Shown here: positions 48,025 through 60,520 of the stretch, in pieces
How positions within the stretch are numbered: the first letter of the stretch is position 1
Layout of the letters: each line of letters begins with the position of its first letter
Assembly (NCBI GenBank): GCA_000388065.2
Contig: KB932207.1
Reading direction: 5' to 3' (one strand)
From: Fonticula alba ATCC 38817
Taxonomy: Eukaryota; Protista; Nucleariida
DNA length: 64,000 nucleotides
Notes under the pieces: model-generated
What the model was told of the DNA's origin: nothing
What the model saw: the letters and a program-made list of their open reading frames with translations, nothing else
Database searches by the model: none
Program-made: the position numbers and the translations under genes

Positions 48025-51000
48025 ATGCACCCTGCCGAAGTTCCGGCCCCGGTTCTGTCGCCGCGATTGGCGCTCAGTCTGGACATCGGCCATGGGACCT
48101 TGGTCTTTGGCATCGTTCAACCGGCCTCCCTGCGCGATCTACGATCCCTCTCGAAAACCCGGCTCGGGCCGGAAGATGGCCGTCCGATTGACCACGCACC
48201 CGTGCTGGACCGGCTTCCCACCTTGTCCGAGAGCATCGCCCTGCTGCCTGCAGACCTGTCGCTATTCCCCATTCGCCTGATGGATGTGCGTATCCCCCCT
48301 GTTCGGCTGCACACGCTCCCCCCCCCGCACCCCTTGGATTTCACCTGCGTCTCCTGGGTTGCCAGAACTTGGCCTCCTAATAACACCCATCCTCCCCGTC
48401 CCCCCCCCCTTCTTCCCCCTATCACTGTGGCCAGTCTCTTTCCTACACGCTCCGAGTGCTGGAGCGCCTGATCACCGCAATGACCGCGGTGACAGTATCC
48501 GCCGCACTGGACGCCGGAGACGAGGATTTCGACGAGGTCCCCGCCCCGGCTGAGGCATCATCCCCTCCGCAGGTGACCTACTCCTCCGGGCTTCTCTCCA
48601 GCCTGGTGGCGGATTATGGCCTGAGCAGTCTTCCCTTCTTGCAGGGCATGTCGGCGGCTGCTCCGACCGGTGGCTTTGGCTCGGGCACACGCCAGCGGGC
48701 TTCCGGCGACGAGCCCTTCCTGGACCTGGCGTCCGGGGCTCGGGTTGGGTCGGCGACGGTGGCTGCGGCCGCCGCCGCGGCCGCCGCCTGCCCCTGGTGT
48801 GTGCGACTGATTTCCAGCGGCAACGACCCGCTGGGCAAGCACATGACCATTCGCCTGGAGCCGGTGCACGCCGCCGCGTCGGTGTCCTGCACTTCCGAAG
48901 GGGCCAGCTCGCCGGGGATCGACTTCATGTTTGACATTGCCTCTCAGCGTCTGCTGGCCATCCAGCTCGTTGGCATGGATCCTCTCTTTGGCGATCGGTC
49001 GTGCCATGCTCCCCCGGGATCTCCGCTCCGACCGGCGCTTTACCCCTCTTGGTTCCTCCTGCAGATTCAATGCCCGGACATGTCGGGTCAGGTGCGTGCC
49101 CGACCGTCGGGATGCCTGCGGCAGCCTCCATCTTCTGTTCCACGCCTCCATGCATATATATATACGTGTGTGTATATATATATATCTTTGCGCACATATA
49201 CATAAGTAGATGTGAATGTGCGCTCGCACATGCTGACGCATCTCCGATTGTCCTCTGTCTTGGACCCGCCTGCCCGGACCTTTGTCTTCTTCTCCTGTCC
49301 AGCTTGTTCTCTCTCCTGGGGATCTGTTGACCATCTGGCCCAGTGCCCGACAAAGCCCAGGCTCCCCTACCAACCCCGAGCACACTGGGCCCCTGAGCCC
49401 CGCCTCTCCCGGCAAGTCAGCCAATGGTGCGATCTCCTCCGCCAGTCCCGTCCCTTTCCCCCCCCCCCCCCCCCCCCGCCGCCCCCCATTTGCCTCCCTT
49501 ATGGGTCCTTCTGACCGCCCGGACTGCCTCCTCCCCTGCCTCCACACACACACACACACACATACACCCGAAGACAAGGATACCGATCGTGTCTATCACT
49601 GCAATGGTGCACACCAACTTGATCCCCCTGCGCCTCTGCGCCGACCATGCGACTGACTTTCTCGTCCCCACTCAACCAGTGTCCGCATGGATTTCGGCCG
49701 AATTCTCCTTCTCCGCCGAGCACCACCTGTCAGGGGTGGCCCTGTTCAGCTCGGAGTTCATCAATCTCAAGTCTGCCATCGAGCGCCTGGCTCACTTCAC
49801 CGAATGCCCATCTCAGGCGGTGCGGAATCTGCTCGAGACCTTTCCTCTGGGGCAGCCCGGCCTGGCCGAGCGCATCAGCCCAATCGGCCTGATGGCCCCC
49901 CTTGAGCCTGGCCATGGGGGGCAGTCCCCAAACACGGGGATGGACACACCTGGCTCCATTGCCGCCGCTCGCCTCGCCGCCAGTCGCTCCGGCCCCAGCA
50001 GCCCCCAATTCAGCTCGCAGCGCCTGCACCCGGGATTCGCTCTTCCCGGCCTGACCGCCGATCTCGGCCAGCCCCCTCCGCGGTATCCGCTCTTCGTGGA
50101 TGCGCGCGACCGTTCGGCCATCCATCTGCACTGGTGGTCCCCTCGGTCAGCCTCTGATGGTGGTGCAACTCAAAAGGTGTGTCAGTAACCTGTGTGTGTG
50201 TGTGTGTAAGCTCATTCGAGGCGTGTCTCGCGGCGATCCCCCTTTCGTGCCTCCGTTCTCCCTGCCTCCCCCTCTCACTTTCACTTTGGTTTCTTCGATC
50301 TGTATATATCTCTTTCTCTCTCTCCCCCCCCCCCCCCCCTGCTCCGCTGTGCTCCCGCCCCTGACATTCCGCTGTAGTTCCCCTCTGAAGCGGTGCCGCA
50401 TTCGACCCGGACCATTTGGATTGGCGCCCCTTTGCAGCTGATTTTGGACACTCTCGGCACGCCGGACTGCGACCGACCGGTCGGCTCCTCCTTCGGCTCG
50501 TTCGTGGACAATGCCGCCGATGTGTCGGCCGCCTGGCAGTTGACTGGCTCTGATGTCTCGGGCGGCGGGTCCTTCCATCCTGCCAATCCGGAGGGTGGCA
50601 TCCGCCCCGAAGGCAACCCGCGCCTGGCTTCGGCCGGTCTTGGACGCGTGAACAGTGCCGGCGGCCTGGGCTCCTCGGGTCCGTCGCCGGTCGCCGGTGC
50701 CGCCCATGCCAAAACCGACCTCCCCGGGGACATCCCACCCTGTGTGTCAGTGTCCCAGTCGGCTCGGCACCTGGCGGGTCATGCGCCTGCCTCGCGCGTT
50801 CTCTCCTACTTCCGATATGGCTTGGAGTTTGGCACTTGGCCCTCGGCGCCGGATACGGTTGGGTGGATTCGCCTGCACACCGGCCTGGCAGTGTGGACAC
50901 GGCAGGGCCCCGGCGCCCGGGGACCGATCCCGGGGGCCAATTTGGCCGCCTACGCCGCGGGACTCGACCTCTGGGCAGCCTCCCACCATTACCACTACCC

Positions 51001-52168
51001 GCATTTGCCGCGAGCTGGCGAGGCGGCGGCGACTGCTGCGGCGGCGGCGGCGGCGGCAGCGGCGGCGGTGGCCTCCGCGGCGGCTGTCGCCGCGACAGCT
51101 TCCACCGTCGGGCGGTCTCCCTCATCAGCGCGAAACTCGGCCAGCTACTGGGCCCCCCCGCCGGGGTTGTTCGAGCCGTGCCTCTTCCGGTTGAATCTGC
51201 ACCAATATCAGACTGCCCCCCGGCCGGCGACTTTGGCCGGTTTGGCCGCCCCGCCACTCAGCACCGGGGAGCCTCCCATCGCCTCCAGTGCCTCGGCTCC
51301 CCTGATGGGCTTCCCCCTGCTGGACATCGGAGAACCCGGCTCCAGGCCCGGGGGCATCTCTTCGACGCCCCACAGTGGATCGTCGACTCCGCCCTCGGTC
51401 GGCAGCGGCGGCGGCCCTGGAAGTCGGAGCTTCAGCGTGTCGCCGGTGTTCGGCGGCATCCCCTTCGGAGGGGGCACCCCACCAGGGCCTGGTGTAGGTC
51501 CCGGCGGTGGCTCGCCCCTTCGACACCCCTCCCGGGACATGGGATCCCTGTCCCCGGGGTCGATGCTGCCGGGGGCTGGTGGTCTGTCGCCCTCGCAACA
51601 GCTGGGGCGCCTCTTCGAGGCTGAGCTCACCGGCGGCCGTCGCTGGCGCGATGTGTCCTTCGAGTTGGATGGTGTGGCGCCGCTGGTCATCGAATCGGTG
51701 GATGAGACGGAAATGAGCAACTCGACAGAGCCACCGTCCATGCCTCCCGCCGAGCCTGTCGTGTCGCCGCGGCTCTTCTCCAAGCCGGACATCTGGCGCT
51801 ACCAGCCGCCAGCCCAGGCGGTCGATGTCCGGGCTGGCGGGGCCGGCCTGTCTTCCATGCGCATGGGGTCGATCTCCGCATGGTCATCCACATCGCCCCC
51901 GGCTCCGGGCCTCGGTCGGGCCCCGACCCCGGGGGACTCCTCGATGGACATGCGCCTCTTCAATGTCGCGCCTGATAGCCCGAGTGCCTCGCCGACTCTG
52001 CCACAGTCGACGCCGGCCCCGGTGCCGGTCGCCGGTCCGCCGGTGGTTGTGGCCCCACCGGCCGCGCCCCCGGGGCCGAGCCTGGCCGACCGAACCTTCC
52101 TGGCCAGCACGGCCGACAGCTTGGTCCTGGTGCACCAGGACCGCGTGGTCTATGTGACTCTCTTTTGA
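48025..52168 (+). CDS. PHAF1: PHAF1/C16orf70 (UPF0183)-family protein, greatly expanded with low-complexity insertions (about 1,100 aa)
   Basis: Approximate exons 48025-48289, 48457-49091, ~49303-49426, ~49573-50176 and 50378-52168. Blocks VRLISSGNDPLGKHMTIRL, GIDFMFDIASQRLLAIQL, IWIGAPLQLILDTLGTP, SYFRYGLEF..IRLHT and terminal LVHQDRVVYVTLF* align in order with PHAF1 motifs (GIKLMFDAFNQRLKVIEV, FGDSCQDVLSMLGSP, NYFTLGVD..VLHTN, IASVTLY). Confidence 0.75.
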
Positions 52169-52673
52169 GTGGGCGCCATCGCGGCGCGCGCTCTTCCTCG
52201 CCCTTGCTGAGGCAGAAAAAAAAAACACCGACGCCCCGCACGAAGAGTGTGTGCGTGTGTGTGTGTGTGCGCATATGTCCGGTATGGATGTCGGGTGTTC
52301 TTCGCCCAGGCCTCATCCCTGCGTGTCCCTCCTCGCGTCAAATAGATGTCTGTCTCTCTCTCTTTCTCTCTATCCCTTTTGTTCCCTGGACATCTGCCTA
52401 TGCATTCCGCGCACATGTCTACACGCACTCGGATCGAGACAGGGCCCGCCAAGTGGCGCCCGCTCTGTGGAGGCATGTTGCCAGATGTGGTGCAATGAAT
52501 GACCATTGGCATTTTCGATCGGCGGCCAGTTGGGTTGGCAATTCGCGTGCATGCTTCCCTGCGTGGCCGGCCGATCGGCATGGGCCTCACTCGGCCTGAA
52601 GATGCCCTCCTCCCGGGGGGGTGAGAGAGAGAGGAAGGCACACCGAGAGGGGGGGGGGGGGGGNNNNNNNNNN

Positions 52674-52710
<37 letters not shown>

Positions 52711-52898
52711 CGATGGGTCGGGCGGGCTTTTGCCGGCGGGCTGCTGGATGGCCGGCATTTTTTTTTGACATTGTATTCCACTCCTCAGCCCCTGCGCCCC
52801 GGCCCGGGCTTGCCTCTCTATTCCCCCACACCTCCGCGTCTTCTTGCCCTCCGGATTTGCCTTGCCTTGCCTGTGCCTCTTGCTTCCAGCTGGACACC

Positions 52899-54003
52899 AT
52901 GCGGCTCAATGAGTCAACCCTTGTCGTGGGGCAGCATGTCTGCCTGGTCCCGTATCTCCGCGAGCATGTGGCCACCTATCACCAGTGGATGGGCGACCCA
53001 GAGCTGCTGGAAGCCACGGCCTCCGAGCGGCAGTCTCTGGAGAGCGAAATGGAAAACCAACAAAGCTGGCACGCCAATCCCGATATCCTGACTTTCATCA
53101 TCATTGACAAGGCCCAGATGCTTGCCACTCCGGTGGCCAAACGCACAGTCACGTCTGGTGCGTTGCGCTGCCCCCTCCTCTCTCCACCTCCTGCTCTTGC
53201 CTAGGTGCACTTTTCTCTGTCCCCCTTCCCCTCCCCCCTCTCCCTTCCTCCTGCCGATGGCCCGATGTCTCTTCCGCTGCTTACCATGCATACCATTCTC
53301 GATGGGGGCGGGCCCTTCACGCCGCTCAGGCATGATTGGCGATATCAATGCCTTTATCCAGCCGGATCGGCGTTTTGAGGCCGAGTTGTCGGTTATGATT
53401 GCCGAGCCGACCGCCCGGCGGAAGGGCTTTGCCCGCGATGCGGTCCTCACTTTCCTTCGGTACTGTATGTGACCCGCCGGAAGCCCGGGAGTCTGCTTGT
53501 GCAACCCGATCCCCGTCCCTGCCTCCTCCTTCCTTTGCTCCTTTCCCTGTGACTGACCGCCCATCGCAGGCATTGAGCATCTGCGCATCTCCCACATTAA
53601 GGCCATTGTCGATGACAGCAATCCCGCATCTTTGCGCTTCTTCGAGAAGCTCCACTTCCGTCGAGCGGCCTACACTCGTGCCTTCCAATCGTGGACTCTG
53701 GAGCGCGTGATCTCGGAGCGTCTGTGCCACAGTGACGGCACCCCCCTCGAGGCGGGGGAGCCCCCGTCCGATGGCGATGCTCCAGAGGAGGAAGAGGAGG
53801 ACGCCTTTGCCTTCATCCAAGTATCAGCCTCCGTCAACGAGGGAGAGGAGGACACTCCCACCGGGCCACCCTGTGGGACGCCCCTTTGCCCGGAGCCCGA
53901 GACCTCGGAGGCTATCGCGGCTTGGCGTGAGGAAGTCCTGCTGGCTGAGACGGCTCGGCACTTCCTCGTGGCGCCGGTAGACCAATGGATTCGGGACAAT
54001 TGA
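52899..54003 (+). CDS. NAT9: N-acetyltransferase 9-like GNAT protein (3 coding exons)
   Basis: Exons 52899-53157, 53330-53464 and 53570-54003. MRLNESTLVVGQHVCLVPYLREHVATYHQWMGDPELLEATASE..SW..LTFII; MIGDINAF; AELSVMIAEPTARRKGFAR; NPASLRFFEKLHF. Confidence 0.93.
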
Positions 54004-54254
54004 TTGGCGGAGTAAAAGGGCCCCTGCGCAGGGGCACCTCAACGAGGAGCTTCGCCCTGTTCGCCTTTTCACATGCCCCCTTTTTGCACCCAACTCTGGC
54101 TGTACCCCCATTCGCCCTCTCCGGGCGATGCTTAAATAGAGCACCAAAAAGAGGGCAAGAGAGAAGGATCGAAGCATGGAACCGGTCCATGGCCGGAAAA
54201 TGCTTGCTTGCTTGCTATGACGCCAAGATGGATGAATATCGATATAAGAGGGGA

Positions 54255-54356
54255 GAAAGCGAGCGAGCGAGCGAGCGAGCGAGCGAGAGAGAGAGAGCGA
54301 GAGAGAGAGCGAGAGAGAGAGGGAGAGAGAGAGGGAGAGAGAGCGAGAGAGAGAGG

Positions 54357-54390
<34 letters not shown>

Positions 54391-54443
54391 GCGAGAGAGA
54401 GCGAGCGAGAGAGAGCGAGCGAGCGAGCGAGAGAGAGAGAGGG

Positions 54444-54477
<34 letters not shown>
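54255..54477 (+). repeat. Compound (GAGC)n/(GA)n microsatellite between the convergent NAT9 and PARL 3' ends
   Basis: About 220 bp of gagc/ga repeats. Confidence 0.95.
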
Positions 54478-54478
<1 letters not shown>

Positions 54479-54609
54479 CACTGGCATGTCTATTCGCCCT
54501 CCCGACGGAGGGCGAGGAGGGAAGGGGGAGAGGTACAAATGCCAGCTCTCGGAAGAGAGGGGGAGAAGGGGGGAAAAGGCGCGAGGAGGGAGAAAGAGAA
54601 GTGGGCCGC

Positions 54610-55215
54610 TCAAGCCAGCTTGAAGGCCACCTGGTCGATGAGGCGATTGATCGGCCCCAGGAACCGGTCACGCCTCTCCCAAATCGGCGTAATGCCGTAG
54701 AAGGCCAGCAGGCCAAAGAGCATGCCACCCAGATGGGACGTATGTGAGATCGAGCTCCGGAAGAGCTTCAGCACACCAGCAATCTCGAAGGCGGACGCAA
54801 GCAGCAGCATCTCGGGACCCCGGAGGGAAATCCCCGGCAGGAAGATGATGCCGAACCGGGCGTCCGGGTCGCGCATGACATAGTAAGAAAAGAGGGCATA
54901 GAGACCGCCCGACAGGCCGAGCAGCGACACCGGGGATCGAGTCAAGGTCTGGTTGAGTGAAAGCCGCACATTCCATCGGGCAACGCCATGTCAGACGGGT
55001 GGTGATCGCTGTGGCGATGGAGAGAGGGGAGGAGACAACAGGGCGGGGGGGGGGGGGGGGGGGCACGCACGCTGTAGGCGCCAGTGATGGCAGTGGCCAC
55101 CGCGGATCCAGACAGGAGTGTGGCAAAGAAGAAGGACCTGCGAGCGGCGACAGCGGGGCGGGAGAGAAGGAGGAAGAAAGAGATATTCAAAACTCAAGTG
55201 TCAGAGGAAGGTGGC

Positions 55216-55249
<34 letters not shown>

Positions 55250-55712
55250 AGGGAACATGGGGAGAGAGGGCGGGGGAAGACGCACCGATCATTCCAGAAG
55301 AAGGGGATTCGCGAAAGACTGTAGAAGGCAAAGGAGTTGAAGCCGAAGTGCAGAGGTGTCGCGTGGGACACGGTTGACAGGAGCTTTTGAGAAGGAAGAG
55401 AGGGGGGAGAGAGAGGGAGAGTAAGAGGGGGGAGGTCAGTGAGGCATGAATAAGGGGAGAAAGGGGGAGGGCGAGAAAGGCGCGCCGGAAGGCATACCGA
55501 AGAAGTGAAAGTCGGCCGCGCGGTATTGTAGGTAAACAGCCGGTACATGGTATTCATGTTGCGCTGGGTGGTCCAGGACGCGAAGATACCCGTCTGCACT
55601 GTCAGGAAGGCCAGTGTCGAGGCATCAAGACCGAAGATGATCGGGCGCTGGGAGAGGTCCGGAGATGACGACGAGTGGAACGAGGAAGAGGGGGGAATGA
55701 GTTTTCCGTATG

Positions 55713-55754
<42 letters not shown>

Positions 55755-56202
55755 GGGGGGGATGAAGTGCTTTTAGGGGCATCCAGCATACCTTGACGGC
55801 TGGGCGGCCGGAGAGCTGCTTCTTGGCAGCGACAGCACGACCAAAGCGCGACGTGATGGCTGATAGAGGAGCACCAGGAGGATGTCAGTCCAACAATGCG
55901 AGGGCAAAGAAAATCATCAAGAGGGATTCGAAGGGGCGATACGCACCAGCAATGGAGTAAAAGCCGATCGTTGTGGCACCGGCCGCAAGCAGCGGACGGA
56001 AGGCGCCGGCCATGGGCGACTGGCCAAACTTCTGCCCGTACATCGAGCTGGCCGAGGCCATGGTACGAACCGACACAAAGGGCGTCATCATGGCATTTGG
56101 TGAGATGGTGGGGGCCAGAGGGGCGGCCAGACGACTGGTCGCGGACAGCGGACGCCCGGGGGCCGGTCCAACGAGGCCAAGGCGAGCAAAGTGTGACAGC
56201 AT
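54610..56202 (-). CDS. PARL: Mitochondrial rhomboid protease (PARL/Pcp1-like), 6 exons
   Basis: Exons 56202-55947, 55859-55792, 55647-55498, 55383-55286, 55137-55071 and 54948-54610. Presequence-like N-terminus; STVSHATPLHFGFNSFAF; catalytic GLSGG (GxSG); IIFLP; SHLGGMLFG (catalytic His). Confidence 0.88.
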
Positions 56203-57343
56203 TGTGCGGCCAGCGGGGGAGGAGAGGGGGATGAGGTGACCGACGGGATGGAAACGCGAGGGGCAGGGGGAGCAGGGGAACGAGGAGGAGAAGTGCTGAG
56301 GCCACCGGGGGCTCGCCAGACCGAAGACCATCCCTCCTTTTTTCACTTGGGCATGGCTCCCTGGGTGGGAGAGGGGGGGGGGGGGGGGAGGGGGTGGAAC
56401 TTCCCAGATCCGGGGATCTTCCCTCCCGCCAGGGAAAAGGAAGAGATGGCCCTCGCACATGCGAAACCAAGTCACACGTCCTGCGTGTCGAGGTGGTACT
56501 TTGTGCCTTTTCTCCCACCAGACACACACACACACACACACCCCGACCGGGAGATGTGCGGCGATGGGGAGGACGAGAGATGGATGTCCAAGAAGTGTGG
56601 AGCGGAGATCTGGAAAAACTCGATCAGTTTGGTCACGAGCAGACAAATGCTATTCAGCTGATCACGCATGGATCAGCCCACTCTGGCGTTGCTGGCGGCC
56701 ACCATGTCCCCGCGAACTCGGCCCACGCCGCCGCTCACAGCCCCACACGCGCCCAAGCGACGCCAGCCCGGGGCCCATGGCCGGCCCCTCGGCAGAGAAG
56801 GAGCCAGATGCCGCGCCTCAACGTGCAGAGCGCATGCGCGTGTGNNNNNNNNNNNNNNNNNNNNNNNNNNNNNNNNNNNNNNNNNNNNNNNNNNNNNNNN
56901 NNNNNNNNNNNNNNNNNNNNNNNNNNNNNNNNNNNNNNNNNNNNNNNNNNNNNNNNNNNNNNNNNNNNNNNNNNNNNNNNNNNNNNNNNNNNNNNNNNNN
57001 NNNNNNNNNNNNNNNNCACATGCTGACTTGGGACGCCTGTGCCGGGCGGACGGGGACAGGGGGACCACATGTACAGGGCTTTCTTCCCCCACACGGGGGA
57101 GGGGGGGGGTGGACTGCGAGCTGGCACTTTTTTCTGCCGCCCCGATCAGCCCCAACGCGCCTGGCGCCCTTGCCACCCCGCCCTGGTGAATGTAGCCTCG
57201 TCGCACATCGCCTCCTTTCCTCCCCCTCCCCCCCCCCCACACCACCTGTACCTGCTCCTCTTTGCTCGCCCCCCCCCCTCCTTTATCTTTCCCCTACTTT
57301 GCCTCCCAATCTCCCGCTGACGCCCCTGCGCGCCCACCAGACA

Positions 57344-58233
57344 ATGGCCTACAACTACAACAGTGGCTCCGGCCGCAACAACTACTACAACGTCGATTAC
57401 GACAGCCACGGCTCCTCCGGCTACAAGCCCGAGGTCCTGTTCGAGGATGAGTTTGTCCCCGGCCAGGGCAAGCGCCTGTCCTGGAACGACAAGCTCTTCT
57501 TCGGTACTGGCTACATGTATCTGATTGGTGCGTCCCGTCGCGCGGTCCGCTGTGTGTATTCGCCGCCGTCTAGGGGCCGCTCCTTCTAACTGCCAATTGG
57601 CCATCTTTGTTCTTCGCTTTTCCTTTCCTCCCTTCCATAGGTCTTGGTATTGGTGGTACCTGGGGTGCTGTCGAGGGCTTCCGCTACGGCACCAGCCTTC
57701 CCCAGACTGGTCGCAGTCTCCTTGTTAATGCCACCCTCAACGGCATCACCCGTCGTGGGCCCTTCCTCGGCAACAACATGGCCGTTGTTGGTATGTGTCC
57801 TCTTGGTGTGAGGGAGGGAACTCCCTGCTGCGGAAGCGCATCGCATTGCCTTCCATTCCCCCTTCCCCCCCCCCACCACCCCGGTCGATGACTGACCCGT
57901 CTCCTGCTCCTCCCCTTCGCCATAGGCTTCTCTTTTGCCGCCATCGACACCATGCTTGACTATGCCACCGGCGAGCAGAGCCACACCAACCGCATTATCG
58001 CCGGTGGTCTGACTGGTCTCCTCCTGCGCTCCCTGTGTACGTACACCACGCTCCCCTGGCTGGATTCCTCTTTCTCCCCCTGCCCCCTGACCGATTGCCC
58101 CCATCCCCTCCCCTTTCCCCTGTGCATAGCCGGCCCGCGCGTCGCCCTCACCTCCGGCGCCATTGGTCTTGCCCTTGGCACTGCCTTCACCTTCATTCGC
58201 CCTGCCTTCGAGGAGACCTTCTACCGCCGCTAA
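57344..58233 (+). CDS. TIM23: Mitochondrial import inner membrane translocase subunit Tim23 (4 exons)
   Basis: Exons 57344-57527, 57641-57790, 57926-58036 and 58130-58233. Acidic N-terminus with PEVLF; WNDKLFFGTGYMYLIG|LGIGGTWGAVEG; LVNATLNGITRRGPFLGNNMAVVG; NRIIAGGLTGLLLRS (Tim17/22/23 family, Tim23 type). Confidence 0.92.
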
Positions 58234-58837
58234 GTGCATGCCCCTCCCCCGGGCACCATGCTTCTTTCCCCCCCCCCCCCGCCTCCACCTCAGACATATC
58301 GCAGGCATCTGTCCTTCCCCCCTGTTATCCTCCCCCCCCTCTCTCTTTCTCTGCTGCCTGAGCGCGGGTGTTCTGTCTTTGCCTTTTTCTTCCCCACGCA
58401 GACGACCCCGCCTCCCGCAGGGGGACAGTCACGGTCGCATGTCGCGCGCCCCCTGCCATGGTCGGGGAGAGATGCAAAGGGCCATATGTATGCGACTACT
58501 TTCCCCCCCCCCCTCCTCCTTCTGTACTTGAGCCGCGGCGCTGCGTCACCATATGGCGCGCTGTCGCAGACCGCGCTTCCCCTTTTCCTCGCCCTCTCCT
58601 TCCCCCAAATGTAGACATCAAACCTTCCACACGCTAAAGAGCCCATACATCATCCATTTATAAGCATCTACACTCGCAAAGAGGGCGGGCGCGAGGGAGG
58701 GAGGGGGGGGGGACACAAAAAAGCATACATTGGGGGAGTGTGTGCTGTCAAGGAGAAAACACCCCCCGCTGGTGGTCCGGAGGTCTGGCTTGAGCTTTGT
58801 GTGTGTTTATTTCTTGTTTTTTTCGGCGACAGGGAAA

Positions 58838-59417
58838 TTAGAAGAAGAACCCCCGCTCGGCATTCTTCTTCTTCCGCTCCAGGGTCTGGAGCAGCGGCCA
58901 GCCGCGGGGAGGCGCAGAGGATAGCCAGAGAGGGGGAAAGGCGCATGGGACGCAAAAAATACATGGACGCAGGGAGGATGAAGGTCGTGTCAGAGGCAGA
59001 GACAGCGAAGGGGGGAGCGAAGAGGCGGAGAGGCATAAATGGGAGGGTGATCGAGCGGAGGGCTAAGACCCCACCAGGGGATGGGATACGCACAGCCTGC
59101 TTCCGGCAATTGTTGTACGCCTGGATGAACTCACTGCAAACTGTCTTGATGTCGACCTTCTTGCCGAGCCCGCCATGCTGCTCCACGCATCGCAGAGAGG
59201 CCTTCGCCTCCATTGCGCAGGGATCCGTGTACAGGGAGACCGGGGCCTTGGGCTTGGCAGGGGGCCGGCTCGGCGGGGGAGTATCAGCCGGCGCCGGGTC
59301 TGGGCCAGACTCGGCGCCAGGTGTGCCTGGCGTCGACGTCGGCGTCGGCGTCGGCGCAGGGGGGGAGCCAGCCGATGCTGAGGCGGCCTGTGTCGGGGTT
59401 CCTGCTAGAGCTGCCAT
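58838..59417 (-). CDS. COX23: Twin CX9C intermembrane-space protein, Cox23/CHCHD7-like (2 exons)
   Basis: Exons 59417-59094 and 58885-58838. YTDPCAMEAKASLRCVEQHGG..CSEFIQAYNNCRKQ (DP-C-X9-C..C-X9-C), ending TLERKKKNAERGFFF*. Confidence 0.8.
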
Positions 59418-60520
59418 GATGCCCGAGCCGGAAGGGAGAGCGAGAAAAAGAGAGAAAAGAAGAAGGAGGAGGGGAAAGGGCCGCGCTGCTGAGCGTGCTG
59501 GTGGTAACTTGTGTATGCCCCTTATCGGACCGCGGCGCTGGAGGCCAAGGGCCTGCCCAAAAGTCTGAATGGGCCCCCTACCAAAGTGCCCAGGGACGGG
59601 GAAGAGTAGATCTCTGGCGGCCGGCGGTGGGATGATGCGAATCCCCGGCGGTGGGGGGGGGGGGGGGACCAAAGACCTGCCAGCCGGGAAACCGCGGCGG
59701 GGGGGGCATGGGCAAGTGCCAGGGCACGAGTTCAGGTATGGACGCACACGCACCCGGCGATCCCCCTCCCCCCGGTTGCTGTGCCCGCCCCCCCCCCCCC
59801 CCCATCGTCTGTCCCGGGGGTTGGACGATTCCCAGCTTACCCCACCCTCACGCTGGGCGCCCAGGAACAGCTGGGGGCAGCAGTCCACTGTGAGGTGAAA
59901 ATGATTCGGTGTGATATAGCACGTGACTCACTGTCGGTCTTGGCGTGACTTTCCGGTCGGCGTGCCGTGTGATGCCCACACACCAAAGCGGACGAGCGGA
60001 GGAGGAGGGAGGGAGGACCGGAAAAAAACAGCAGGAAGTAGGGAGAGAAATGAAGTACATTACAAGGATACATATGCGTGCAGGGGGGGGGTGGGGGGGG
60101 GGGGGGGGGGGGGGGGGGGCGCGGGGCGGGGGGGGGGGGGGGGGGAGAGACGGGGCTCGAGCATATTCATGCGCATTCATGTGCGTGCGGCAGGCGGCTG
60201 CCGGCGCGCGGGGCAGTGCTGTGGGGGGGGGGGGGCATCCTTCCTGCGTGGCCTCTTTCTGAATGCGGCGATCGGACAAATACACGGAGAGCACGGCGCG
60301 GGGGGCGCGAGGCCCAAGAAGCCGAGGTGACCCTGACACACATGAGAGAGGGGAAGGGAAAGAGCAGGGGGAGGAGGCCGGGCGACCAGATACGCGCTCA
60401 TTTTTTTCTTTTTCTTTTTTTCCTCGCGCGCCGGGGCTCTCTACTGCCCATCATCATGGGGCCTCGCGCCTGTCCTGCCTCTCGCCCGAAAGCCCCCTAA
60501 TTCGCCCCTGACCAGCCAAC

